From positions 2,592,001 to 2,656,000 of the forward strand of contig CAWKMU010000003.1 of NCBI GenBank assembly GCA_963850905.1: a stretch of DNA of 64,000 nt, written 5' to 3'. Source of the stretch: an uncultured Gemmatimonadales bacterium (GTDB lineage: Bacteria > Gemmatimonadota > Gemmatimonadetes > Gemmatimonadales > Gemmatimonadaceae). Positions 29,345 through 39,670 of this stretch are shown piece by piece. The notes under the pieces are model-generated. The model did no database searches. It saw only the letters and a program-made list of their open reading frames with translations, and was not told the origin of the DNA. Made by a program: the position numbers and the translations under genes. Within the stretch, counting starts at the first letter, position 1. Each line of letters begins with the position of its first letter.

Positions 29345-30313
29345 ATGCGCACGACACCGTCGATCGGTCTCGCGGTCGCACTCATAGCCTCGCCGTTCGC
29401 CATCACGGGATTGGCCCACGCCCAATCGTCGCCGACCGGTACGTGGGTGGTCCGACTCTATGAGAGTCGCGGTCCCGCTACAGTCGAACTCCGCTTCGAG
29501 ACGTGGCAATCGCGCAATGACCGGGACGAGACGAGCTCCGATGTGCTGGTGACGACGCTCGTCGGCGTCACGACCGACCAGCTGCGGGGCACAGACGGAC
29601 CCATCGAATTCAAGGTCGTGCGAGACGCAGGGACGTTTACCTGCCAGGGACGCGGCGGGCGTGGCAGGGCAGCTGGTACCTTCGACTTCGCCCCAAACTC
29701 GGCTTTTCCGGCCGCTATGGGCCAGCGCGGGCTCGAGCGTCCCAGTGTCGAGCAGCAGTTTCAACTCGCGCTCTACGACATCGGCTACGCCTTTGTCGAC
29801 GAGATCAAGGCCGAAGGCTACCGATCGCCGTCGATGGATGACTTGATCGAAGCGGGCCAGCACGGGGTCGACATCGAATTCGTGCAGGGGCTCGACTCCC
29901 TCGGCTATCGACTTGGAGAGATGGGCTCGCTCGTCGAGCTACGCGACCACGGCGTCGATCCCCACTACGTGCGGGCGCTGGCCGCGCTCGGCTACACCAA
30001 GCTCAGTGCGCACGCGCTGCTCGAACTGCGCGACCACGGAGTCGACTCGCACTACATCAACGAGTTGAGCCGCGCTGGATTCGCCGGCGCGTCGACCAAT
30101 GACCTCCTTGCCGCGCGCGACCATGGCGTCAAGGGTACGGACGCGGCGGCGTTCAAAGAGATGGGATATGACCATATGACCATCGAAGACCTGGTCGATC
30201 TGCGGGACCACGGTGTCACGCCACAATTCGCGTCGCGCGTGCGCCAGGCCGATGGACACCTGCCTTCCGTCCGAGAATTGATCGAGCGTCGCGATCGGGG
30301 CGATCGGGATTAA
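29345..30313 (+). CDS. Secreted protein with about 30-aa L..LRDHGV tandem repeats
   Basis: Signal peptide AHA|Q; five (Q/D)HGV repeats; SD AGGAG. Confidence 0.8.
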   Translation: MRTTPSIGLAVALIASPFAITGLAHAQSSPTGTWVVRLYESRGPATVELRFETWQSRNDRDETSSDVLVTTLVGVTTDQLRGTDGPIEFKVVRDAGTFTCQGRGGRGRAAGTFDFAPNSAFPAAMGQRGLERPSVEQQFQLALYDIGYAFVDEIKAEGYRSPSMDDLIEAGQHGVDIEFVQGLDSLGYRLGEMGSLVELRDHGVDPHYVRALAALGYTKLSAHALLELRDHGVDSHYINELSRAGFAGASTNDLLAARDHGVKGTDAAAFKEMGYDHMTIEDLVDLRDHGVTPQFASRVRQADGHLPSVRELIERRDRGDRD

Positions 30314-30317
30314 ACAC

Positions 30318-30541
30318 AGGGGTCAGGGGTCAGGGAACAGCAACGAGAACCGCAACGACAACGGCAACAGCGGGCGGGCTAAAGCCCGCCCCTACACGTT
30401 CCTGCGGACGGCGGTGTCAAAGGACTCGTCGACCTGCGCACGCGAATGCGCGTACGCCATCCCGATCACATGCGCTCCACGCCGACATGTAGGGGCGGCC
30501 TTCAGGCCGCCCCTGTTGTGTGTGGCGGCTGTCTTTGCCGT
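30318..30541. repeat. Composite intergenic element: GGGGTCA heptamers, AAC-rich tract, inverted pair of GTAG REPs
   Basis: GGGCGGGCTAAAGCCCGCCCCTAC (30372-30395) and GTAGGGGCGGCCTTCAGGCCGCCC (30489-30512). Confidence 0.75.
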
Positions 30542-31273
30542 TCACCTGGTAATCGTCAGCGGCGTCACCGACACGTGCAAGTTGTGATTGATGCGGATCC
30601 CGGCGATCCCATCGATCGCCAAGCTGCCTTTCGGGAGGGTGGCGACCGGCTTGTCGTTCACGATGAAGTGCACGGCATCCGGCGCGACATGGACGGTGAT
30701 CGCGTAGCTCGCTTTTCCGGAGGCATCGGCCTTGGGCACGTTCGGACTCGCGGTGAACTCGACGACCGTGCGCGCCGAGGCCCCGTCTCGGGCCTTGATC
30801 GCGTACATGCCGTTCCCTCGAACGATGAAGTACGTGTAGCGCTGGCTCGAGTCGGCGAGATGCTGCCCGCCGAAGATCACGCCGTACGCCTCCGGGTGAT
30901 GCGGCGCCTCCAGCTGGTCGATCTGCGTGTGCAAGGTGTAGCTCCCGCTGGCCGTGTCCGTCGCCTTGTAGAGGATGTGCGCCGGGCCGGTCTGCACTTC
31001 CCATCCACCGCCAGCGGCGGGCGTGTACTTGGCATCAGCAATCGACTTGGCCGCGTCGTCGGTCCGGCCGACATATCCGGCGGGCACGCCACTGCCATTG
31101 GCGGTCTGATCGGGATCCCCGTTGGGGGCCGGGCTCGCTGCGGCCGCGGCGGGCGCGGCTCCGGACGCCGCCGTATTGGTGCTTGCCGCGTTGTTGGCTG
31201 ACTGGCTGCCGCTGCATGCGACAAGCAGGGCTGCAGCGAGGGGGAGGGTCGATTCGAGCGAAAGGACACGCAT
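30542..31273 (-). CDS. Hypothetical lipoprotein (beta-sandwich/lectin-like)
   Basis: LVAC lipobox, Ala-rich linker, HPEAYG..FGG..L, G..GIRINHNL; SD AGGAG. Confidence 0.75.
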   Translation of the reverse strand: MRVLSLESTLPLAAALLVACSGSQSANNAASTNTAASGAAPAAAAASPAPNGDPDQTANGSGVPAGYVGRTDDAAKSIADAKYTPAAGGGWEVQTGPAHILYKATDTASGSYTLHTQIDQLEAPHHPEAYGVIFGGQHLADSSQRYTYFIVRGNGMYAIKARDGASARTVVEFTASPNVPKADASGKASYAITVHVAPDAVHFIVNDKPVATLPKGSLAIDGIAGIRINHNLHVSVTPLTITR

Positions 31274-31337
31274 GGGAGAAACTCCTAGGGGCCGGGTGAC
31301 GGGCAGCGGGCGCCATCGCGCCCGAGAGTGTAGCGTA

Positions 31338-31412
31338 GCAGAAAGTAGAAAGTAGACAACTGCCGGGCGTTTGGCCGTTGTCGACCTTCGACTTTCTGCA
31401 GTCCTACTTTCT
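31338..31412. repeat. Heptamer-repeat hairpin (AGAAAGT / ACTTTCT)
   Basis: GCAGAAAGTAGAAAGTAGAC..GACTTTCTGC..CTACTTTCT; similar tract at about 15368-15400. Confidence 0.5.
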
Positions 31413-31434
31413 CGGGCGCAGAGCGCCCGCGCGT

Positions 31435-33187
31435 TCAGTAACGCCAGCTCCTCGTATCGCCACCGCTTGGTGCGGTCTTGATGATCCACGTAGCCATCGC
31501 GGGCATGAAGCGCTGATGGATGGTGAGTGCGCCATACAGGTTGGGGTGCGCCATGTCGCCGGTGAAGCAGTGCTCACGGCGGTCGCCGTAGATGACCTCG
31601 GCGTCGGCTGGCGGATTCTTGGCGGCTTTGAAGAAATCCTCGAGATAGTAGACGGCGTTGTTCAGATACCCGTTGTCCATCGTACCGCTGGTGACATGGA
31701 TCTTCCCCCGCAGCTTGGGGCCGAGCTTTGCCCAGTCACGCTCCATGATGTTCCGCAGGTCGTAGTGGTCTTTCCAATACTGCGCCACAGTCGGATCGAT
31801 CTGGCCGGTCAAGCGGTCGAACAGGGGCTTGAAGTATCCATCATCGCCGACCGGGCCGAAAACGGACTCCCATGCGTCGTGCTGGCCGCCTGAACGCCCG
31901 TGCGGCCCGCCGATCGCGAGCTCGACCTGGTTGCGGTCCATGAAGGTCGAGTAGAGACGGCCGCGATAGTCACGGTAGCCGGGCTTGTACGTGTGCTTCC
32001 ACGGGTTGTCGTCGTACGTGTAGGCGTTGTGGTCGTCGTAGATGTCGACGGATCGGTACGCGCGGAAGTCGACCGGATCGGGACACAACGCCCATGCGCC
32101 GTTGTAGTCATCCGGATACATCACCTGCACCCCGAGTGTCTCCCATCCACCGGTCGAGCCGCCGACCATCACGCGCGCCCAGCCCTGCCCAATGCCCCGA
32201 TACTGCTTTTCAATGTAGGGGATGAGCTCATAGGTGATCGCATCGCCGTACGGGCCGTTGTTCGCGGAATTGACGGCGTACGAATCATCGAAGTACGGCG
32301 TCGGGTGTTGGATCAGGAGTTGAATCATCCGCGGGAAACGCGGGCCATTCCAATCCTTGTAGAGCTGGTACGAGAGCTGTTGGACTTCCAGCTGTTGTCC
32401 GGTGGCTTTCGGGTCTGGCGGCGTTTCTCGCCAGGGGGAGAGGGTCTTGGGAAAGTGCCCGTGGTTGACGAGAAGCGGGTAGTGCGCGTGTGGGTGCGTG
32501 TCCCATCCAGCGGGGAGCAAGACGATCGCACCGAGGTACATGGGTCGGCCCCAGAACTTCGTCAGCCGGTCGCTCTGAAACTTGATGTACTTGACCTGCT
32601 TCGAGTCCTGCGGTGGCTGGATTGGAGGGGATGACCTGATCCATCGAGATGCTGATCGCCGAGCTGCTCGCCGGGTCGACGTGCATCTTCACAGGCTTGC
32701 TGTAGAAGTTGCCCGGCTTCGTCGACCAGCTCTGACCCTCTCCCATGTCCGGCGGCAGCTTCACGGTCTTGCCGTCGCTCCAATGAAAGGTCTCGAACCG
32801 GTTGAACAAGGCCTGCACCCAATAGTCCCCGGGTGGGATGTCCTTGAGGCTGCGGGCCGGGAACCCGAAGACGGTATCACTGATGATTGCCGCTTCTCCG
32901 GGCTTCAGGCTGTCGACGTCGATCCCGAATATCGGACGGGTGGAGTTGGCACGATACTCGTCCGACTGGAACCGCGGTTCTTTCGTGCTATCGTCGGAGA
33001 TGAACAGGAGCACTCGACCGTCCAGCGGTGTCGCGCTGCGCTCCGCCGGAAAGGAGATCGCGAACGTGAGCGGAGCGTGGTCGCTGCGCGCACAGCCGGC
33101 GAGCCCGCCAAGGGTGGCGAAGATAAGCGGGGCGACCGCGCCGGCGGCCAAACTACGGTGCCCGTGTTGACCTGCACGCGACAGCAT
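31435..33187 (-). CDS. Putative esterase (alpha/beta hydrolase) lipoprotein, split by +1 insertion near 32627-32630
   Basis: LAGC lipobox, NS.NNGPYGDA, GGSTGG nucleophile; removing one G joins VIPPIQPPQDSKQVKYIK. Confidence 0.85.
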
Positions 33188-33268
33188 GATGCAAGCTCCT
33201 CGAGGCCAGAGTCAGCCGAACTTACCTCCCGCGGTCGACGACGACAACGCACCACTCCCGCCGGCGCC

Positions 33269-33292
33269 GGCGCCACAGCGTGTGGCGCCTAC
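33269..33292 (-). repeat. GTAG-type REP variant
   Basis: Minus strand GTAGGCGCCACACGCTGTGGCGCC. Confidence 0.6.
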
Positions 33293-33407
33293 GTAGTAGC
33301 AGGGACGCCACTCTGGCGGTTCCTCAAGGGGGGCCATATGCTGTTGCCCCCAAGCTCCGAGCGGGCCGCCCAACGCAGGTTCACAGTGGTGATACATGCG
33401 TCTCGAT

Positions 33408-35106
33408 ATGGCCGTTTCTCCCGCGGTCCCCCCGACCCACCTGTCCCCGGTTGCCACGCCAGCGGCTAGGCCGCGCCCGACATCCGCTGTCGCGAGCGAA
33501 CCCACGGACCCGCGCGTCGCGGCATTCGCTCGTGATGGCTTCCTGGGACCTATACGCCTTTTCACACCCTCCGAATGTCGGCGGATCGCGGGGTACCTGC
33601 ACTGGGGCGGCCAGCCAACGCCACCGGACTGGGAAAAGGGACGCGCGGTACGCGAGCGGTTCATCTTCGAGCTGGCGACGTGCCCCGCGCTGCTCTCAAC
33701 CGTGTCGACGGTTCTTGGCGAGGATGTCGTGCTGTGGGGTGCGAGCTCGTTGTTGCGAGCGCCCGGGGTGAGCCACCCATGGCACACGGACATCGAGTCC
33801 GGCGCGCCCGAAGGCGGGTTCGTCACGGCGTGGATCGGCGTGGAGCACACGACACGCGAGTCGGCTCTTCAATTGATCACGGGGACGCACCGGCTTGGCT
33901 TGACGGTGCAGGAAGCGCGGCTGGAACGAAGGCTTCATCGAGACCAGGCGACGGCGGATGTGCTGCTCGAGGCAGCGCGCGAGCGAGACCCCGCCGCAGC
34001 GCTCGTGCAACCCGACATGACGAACGGCGATGCCATCTTGTTCGACGGACGCCTGTGGCACGGATCGTTCAACGGTCGCAAACCGTGGTCGGCGGCTCGC
34101 GCTCTTGTTCCAGTACGCGAGAGCGACGAGTGTCGTGCGCATCCCCGACTTCGAGCAACTCGAGTGGCCATTTCGATTTCGTGCCGCTCCACGTCCGTCG
34201 GTCATTGTCGTATCCGGCACCGCATCCAGCGAGAACAACCGCATCGTTTCGCCGCCGATTCCTCCGCCCCTTGGTCGCCAGATGGTCACAACCGCGATTT
34301 ATCCGATCGCCCTGCCCGTCGAGGATCCGCGGCAGCAGTGGCAGGGCTTCGAAGTGCTCTGCGGCCCGACGACGATCTTCGCCGAGATGAGCAGCCATGC
34401 ATCAGTGCTGATGCCAGGCCATGTGCCGCACGCACCCCACGCTCACGCCGAAGAAGAGGTGATCATCCCGCTCTACGGTGAGCCGGAGGTGGTGATCGCC
34501 AATGGGCCGGACGATCCTCATCCGCGCATCGAGCGCGTCGAGCCGGGGAGCGTCGCGTATTACCCTGGCGGCCAATACCATACGATCCGTGCGGCGGGAC
34601 CGCGTGCCGCCGCGTATCTGATTTTCAAGTGGCGCGCCCGCGCGAGTCAGCAACCCACTGGCAGCCCCCGATTGGGCACCAGCATTTGGCGCAACATCGA
34701 CACCGGGGGACTCGACGCATCCGCGCCCATCCACATGCGTCGACTGTTCGAGGGCCCAACGAGCTTCCTCGGCAAGCTGCACGCGCACATGACGACACTG
34801 CAGCCGGGGGCGGGCTATGCGCCTCACGTCGATGCCTACGACGTGGCGATCCTCACGCTAGCGGGGACGGTCGAGACGCTCAGCGAGCGAGTCGAAGCCA
34901 ACAGCGTCATTTACTACGCGGCCGGCGAGCCGCACGGGATGCGCAACGTCGGCAACAGTGTCGCCCGCTATCTGGTGTTCGAGTTTCACGCGCCCGGCCT
35001 GACGGCGATAGCGGGCGGGCCATACTATCGACGCCAGGCTGCCCGGGCGGTTCGGGTCGGCAAGCGCGTCGCGCGGGCGGTGTTGCGCCGAGTGCGCGGT
35101 GACTGA
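33408..35106 (+). CDS. PhyH-like Fe(II)/2OG dioxygenase fused to two cupin domains, split by +1 insertion near 34080-34082
   Basis: WHTD, WHGS..N....R.L..QY; cupins PH.PHAHAEEE..YHTI and PHVD..EPHGMRN. Confidence 0.8.
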
Positions 35107-35115
35107 CGAGCGTGG

Positions 35116-36030
35116 CTACGGCTTGTGCACCGCCGGGTACAGCAGGGTGACCTGCATCCGTACCTGATTGCGTCCCGCGCTCGGAGGCGCAATCACATTG
35201 TTGTAATACTGGAGGGCCAGACTGATGGGGCGCGTACCGATCGCGGTCACCTTGGAGACCCCCAGGCCCCATGGCACGGTCCACTGGTGGGCGCCCGGCG
35301 CGCTGAAGTTCGCGCTGATGAGCGGGGCTGACGAGATCGACCAGCCAATGCCGAAGTTGTAGTTGATGAAGTACTGGAAGCTGAAGGCATTGACCTCCGT
35401 GCTCCCTCCCGGACCCGCGTACGTCCAGAGTTGGGTCGCAAGCGCACCGATGACCCATGGGCCGGGCGTCGCGAGCACGACGAGCGCTGGACCCGCTGCG
35501 AAATCTCCTGTGGCCAGCAGTGCGTTCGTCGCGGTGGGAAACGACAACACTGGTCCGATGCCCCAGATGATCTTCCCGGGTTTGGACGGTGACAGGAAGA
35601 TCTGCGCCTGGATGTCGGCAATCCCACTGGACGTCGATCCGCTGCCAGTGGGAATGCTGACGAAGGGCACGATCGTTCGGACAATGAGGTCGTAGCCGGT
35701 TACCGTCTTGATCGGCACAACGGGTTGAAAGTTGAGCACCATCTGCGTTTGCTTCTGGAGGCCGCCGCCCGAATAGAAGTTGAATTGAAAGGGCAGCGAC
35801 GTCAGATCGCTCACCGGGTTCTGCGTCTTTTTGGCCAGCGCGGTCGCGTCGGGCGGCGTTTCGTCCTGTGCGTGCACCGTCGTGGTAGCAAGACCGAGCG
35901 CAGCGATCGCCACCCACGCCGCCTGTCGTCGCAGCCGCGGTCGTAGTCGCCGGCTTGCAATCGCTCTTCCGATCACACGAGAGATCTCGCAATGATGCGG
36001 CCAGTCACTTCCGTGTGAATGGTTGCCCAT
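35116..36030 (-). CDS. Outer-membrane beta-barrel protein (start uncertain)
   Basis: LAKK.QNPVSDL.SLPFQ.N, LNFQPV.P, GIGP...PTAT, QYFINYN, alternating beta strands. Confidence 0.8.
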   Translation of the reverse strand: MGNHSHGSDWPHHCEISRVIGRAIASRRLRPRLRRQAAWVAIAALGLATTTVHAQDETPPDATALAKKTQNPVSDLTSLPFQFNFYSGGGLQKQTQMVLNFQPVVPIKTVTGYDLIVRTIVPFVSIPTGSGSTSSGIADIQAQIFLSPSKPGKIIWGIGPVLSFPTATNALLATGDFAAGPALVVLATPGPWVIGALATQLWTYAGPGGSTEVNAFSFQYFINYNFGIGWSISSAPLISANFSAPGAHQWTVPWGLGVSKVTAIGTRPISLALQYYNNVIAPPSAGRNQVRMQVTLLYPAVHKP

Positions 36031-36116
36031 GAGGGGGAGCGTAGGCGCTCGCACAACGTGCAACCATTCCACCTAGGTCGACCGCTACCGCACCGACGAG
36101 CTCATGGCGGCGCGCG

Positions 36117-36141
36117 GTAGGGGCGACGCCATGCGTCGCCC
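36117..36141 (+). repeat. GTAG-type REP
   Basis: GTAGGGGCGACGCCATGCGTCGCCC, same core as 13864. Confidence 0.85.
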
Positions 36142-36268
36142 GCCGTTGTCCTTGAAACGCGCTAGGGCCAGCGGCGATCAGTCCGCCGCTGGCCCTAGGA
36201 TGTGCCCCGTCGCACCCGTCCTCTCCGCTTCCCGTTACCCCCGGCACGACCAGGGCACGCGTGCAGCC

Positions 36269-36631
36269 TCACTCATGACTATGCTCTTCCTCTGCGTCTC
36301 CGCCCATCGCTCCCGTCGCCACGGAGGCCAGGATCGCTCCAGCCGCGAAGATCGCCAGTGCGGCGCGAACCCGCCGTTGTACCACCCGGCGCCGGATCCT
36401 ACGCCTCACGATGGCCCGTCCGATCGGGTGCCGCCCGCGAAAGCCGCGGTCACCGCGACCTTCGTCTTCGTCGTACTCCTCCCGCGCTTCCTGCACTCTA
36501 TCGCGCGCTGCCTCCAGCGCGTCTCCCAGGCGGTCAACCGCTTCTTTCCTCAGCTCGGACCTCAGCGATTCGCGGAGGGCCTCTCGGACCGTTTCGGTTT
36601 CCGGCATTGGTGGATTCCTCGGGCTAATCAT
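36269..36631 (-). CDS. Hypothetical protein: acidic helix, Arg-rich segment, C-terminal TM
   Basis: IVRRRIRRRVVQRRVR followed by hydrophobic AALAIFAAGAILASVA. Confidence 0.55.
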   Translation of the reverse strand: MISPRNPPMPETETVREALRESLRSELRKEAVDRLGDALEAARDRVQEAREEYDEDEGRGDRGFRGRHPIGRAIVRRRIRRRVVQRRVRAALAIFAAGAILASVATGAMGGDAEEEHSHE

Positions 36632-36935
36632 GGGGAGCTACCTCAAATCGACGACGGTGCTCGTTCGCGTTAGGCACGCAAGTGGTTGAGCACGGTCGCG
36701 CCCTGCACACTGGCCAATGTTGCCTCGCTGCCACAGGGGATCTACTTCGACCATGGGATGATTGACCGGTGGAAATGGCGCAGGGAGGACGCGCCGCGGC
36801 CGCTTCGTACATAGCCGCGCCCTATGAGCTCGCTCGAAACAAAGTATTGGAGGCCCGCCGCGTTCCGGCATAGGATCTCTGTCAGTTACCAAGCCCGGTC
36901 GCGCACAGGACGCTCTACGCCCTCTCGGAGGATCC

Positions 36936-37298
36936 ATGAAGACGCTCCGCTATCTGCTCGCCGCGTCAATGCTGGTCGGTGCCCACGCAGTGCTGGCGCA
37001 GGCCCCAACTGCGGCCAACGCGGTCGCACCGAAGCCCGGCAAGAACCAGTCGAACGGGGAGATCGCCACCGCGAAAAACAGCGTCCCCTGCCAGCACATC
37101 ATTGCCGAGTGCAAGCAACTCGGATACATCGTGGGGCAGGCCCCGAAGGACAATGGCCTGTGGAAGGACTGCTTCAACCCCGTCGTGAAGGGGCACCAGC
37201 CCACGCGAGATGGCGCGCAGGTGACGGTGCCGGTGAACCCGTCGGACGTGCAGGCCTGTCGCGCGGCTGTATTCCCGAACGGGGTGAAGAATGGCTGA
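36936..37298 (+). CDS. Small secreted four-cysteine protein
   Basis: SD GGAGG, signal peptide VLA|Q, C-x6-C..C..C. Confidence 0.75.
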   Translation: MKTLRYLLAASMLVGAHAVLAQAPTAANAVAPKPGKNQSNGEIATAKNSVPCQHIIAECKQLGYIVGQAPKDNGLWKDCFNPVVKGHQPTRDGAQVTVPVNPSDVQACRAAVFPNGVKNG

Positions 37299-37304
37299 GA
37301 GGCG

Positions 37305-37420
37305 AGACGCTGGACGTTAGACGTTGGACGTTGGAGAAGAAACTTCGAGGGCCAGCGACAGTGCGTCGATCTGGCCCTCAGGTTTGTTCTCTAGCGTCCA
37401 GCGTCTAACGTCCAGCGTCT
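37305..37420. terminator. Long heptamer-repeat hairpin between convergent genes
   Basis: (GACG[CT]T[GA])4 left arm, complementary right arm, inner GAGGGCCAG/CTGGCCCTC stem. Confidence 0.7.
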
Positions 37421-37962
37421 AGCGCAGCTGGTATAGCAAATCATCCTCTACCCGGTAGAGGAGCGGCACGACGGTGATCCGCGGATAGAGTTTTCGGAGG
37501 CGTGCGGCCTCCTGGATCACGAATTCGATTTCGTCGTTGATTGCGAACTTCGGCACACTCGCCGCGTAGTGCTTCTCCGCGCGCGCCTGATCCCACCCGG
37601 CGTGGTCGACGAGGCCGCGGACGAACTGGTCACGCATTCTGCGCGACCCGGGTCATGTAGCAGTCGGTATGGGCGATCAGCACGATCGTCCGGACGCCAC
37701 CAATGGCGATCGCGAGTGAGATGCGAAACTCGTTGTCGCGCATGTTCGCGCCCGCCGTCCTCAGGACGAAGGCGAAATCCGGCGGAATGCGGAGCGCTTT
37801 CCGGCTGTCCATGCACATGCCGATGAGGAGCTGCCGGCCAGGCCCCGAGCCGAGGGCCCGGTCCAGGTTGTGGTACTCGAGCAGGAGTGACACCGGCGTG
37901 CCCGCGTACTCGGGGAGGATGTCGGACCGGTAGTTGACCGGGATGATGTCTGGCATGCGCAC
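37419..37962 (-). CDS. Beta-class carbonic anhydrase, split by +1 insertion near 37637
   Basis: CMDSR, RTAG, HTDC zinc motifs; removing one base joins RVAQMRDQFV. Confidence 0.85.
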
Positions 37963-37995
37963 AACCTAGCGACACCGACCGCGGACTCTGAAGGC

Positions 37996-38586
37996 CTATT
38001 TCCTGGGCGGCGGCGGACGGCCTGCTGGCGGCGGAGTGCCCGGTCCCGTGGTGTTGCCCGACGACGCGGTCGGGAGGGTGTACTGAATCTGCTTATAGGC
38101 AAACGTGATGACCGCGGGAGAGCCGGACGCCGCGGACGCGATGTTGACGCCCTTCATTACGTACGTCGCCATCGTCTGGCCGCCCGCTCCGATCGCGGTC
38201 AGCTTGAGTTGGCACATGAGTGCCAACAGCGGGGAGTTGCACGGCTGGCCGCGCGTCGTGTTGCTGATCAGTTGGTCGTCGTTCGCGAAGGTCACGATCA
38301 CCCTGCCCGGGCTGCTGCTTTCGCCAGACGCGAGCGGGGGGGACGCACCTGTCCGTTCCGGCGGCGCCAGGCCCGGGATGGCGAGGTCGGTGAACTCGGC
38401 CGTGGCCGCATTGCCGAGCGAGAGGGCGCCCGATTGCGTCGTGAAGGTCACCGCGACCGGGCCGACGCCAGGCGATGCGCCCGGCGTCACCGGTGTGTGG
38501 AACCCCTGGGCAGGCAATCCGAGAGCGACGACGGCTGCAACCGCAGTCGCGCGACAACCAGCGAGCAGCGGGGCTCGTGTGCGCAT
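37996..38586 (-). CDS. Secreted protein with Hcp/tail-tube-like C-terminal half
   Basis: SD GGAGG, signal peptide; LKLTAIGAGGQTMATYVMKGVNIAS..GSPAVITFAYKQIQYT. Confidence 0.55.
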   Translation of the reverse strand: MRTRAPLLAGCRATAVAAVVALGLPAQGFHTPVTPGASPGVGPVAVTFTTQSGALSLGNAATAEFTDLAIPGLAPPERTGASPPLASGESSSPGRVIVTFANDDQLISNTTRGQPCNSPLLALMCQLKLTAIGAGGQTMATYVMKGVNIASAASGSPAVITFAYKQIQYTLPTASSGNTTGPGTPPPAGRPPPPRK

Positions 38587-38973
38587 CCCTACCTCCAAAG
38601 TGGCGCCGTTTGGCCCGCGGCTCGAGGTATCTGTCAGCAGCGCAACGGGAGTACCCGTCTGCGCGGACCGGAAGGGACATTGCCGAGCCGTGGTCGCGGC
38701 GTCCAATACTTCGTTCCGAGGTCAGCGATAGGTGAGGGCTATCACTTGTTCCTGCCAGTTTGTCGGCCCATTCACTCGCCGAGCGTGCTTCGCTTCGCCA
38801 GGATTAATTCGTCACAAAACGTACTAAGTATTGGACTTTCTGCGACGAAACCGAACGGTCCAGGCGTCCGTCGTTGGGGTGCGATGAGTGGTGTTGTGCG
38901 CAGCGCGCCGAGCCAAGGATGATAGTATCATCCCGATGCTTATCTGCGCCCCCGAAACCGGGGCCGTATCGCC

Positions 38974-39261
38974 CTAACGCTTTGCGGGCGCTTGAGGAAC
39001 TGGGGCGACACACATGACGCTGTCGTAGCTCTTTCCCTCGCCGATCGTGATCACGGTCCCAGGAGCGTAAGCCGGAGATGTGTCCGGAAGCTCGCAACCA
39101 CAGCGCACGCACCGCTGCCGGCCGCTCGCATCAGGAATCCCGGCTGTGTGCAGTACCGGGCGGGGGCGGCTTTTCTCCGGCGGATTGGCGGGGTCGTACC
39201 GGGGAATGGCCTCCCACGTCCGTGGGTCGAAGCTGCCAGGTCTTCGATCGTCGTGGCTCAT
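38974..39261 (-). CDS. Small hypothetical protein with CxxC motif
   Basis: H.....SGRQRCVRCG; start uncertain. Confidence 0.4.
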   Translation of the reverse strand: MSHDDRRPGSFDPRTWEAIPRYDPANPPEKSRPRPVLHTAGIPDASGRQRCVRCGCELPDTSPAYAPGTVITIGEGKSYDSVMCVAPVPQAPAKR

Positions 39262-39670
39262 CGCGACCCACTGAGGGAACGCCAGGGAGGGAACGAGGGG
39301 CGCCGCATCTAACCACTGACGTCCGGACTCGCCGCGTGTCACGACTCGCCCGCGTGCGACCCCCGCAGGACTCACTGTTGAAGGTCCCGGGAAGGGGTTC
39401 AGCGTTCGAGGGCCGGCCGCGCGTCAATGCTGCTGCCCCTCAATCGTTCCTCTAAGTGTGCAATAGAGACGAAAGGCTTGCCTGCGGCCCGATCGACGTC
39501 GCGGCGAACGTACGGAGGCCAACAGGCGTGCCGACACACGAGTATGCTTTCCGAGCCAAGACCGGCGGCCGTCGGGATCGCGAGCAGGTCTGATGATGCG
39601 CGTATCTTTCAGGACAACGTCAACAGTCGCAACGGGACAACCCGCTGGGACACAGGCACACACCTTTGTG

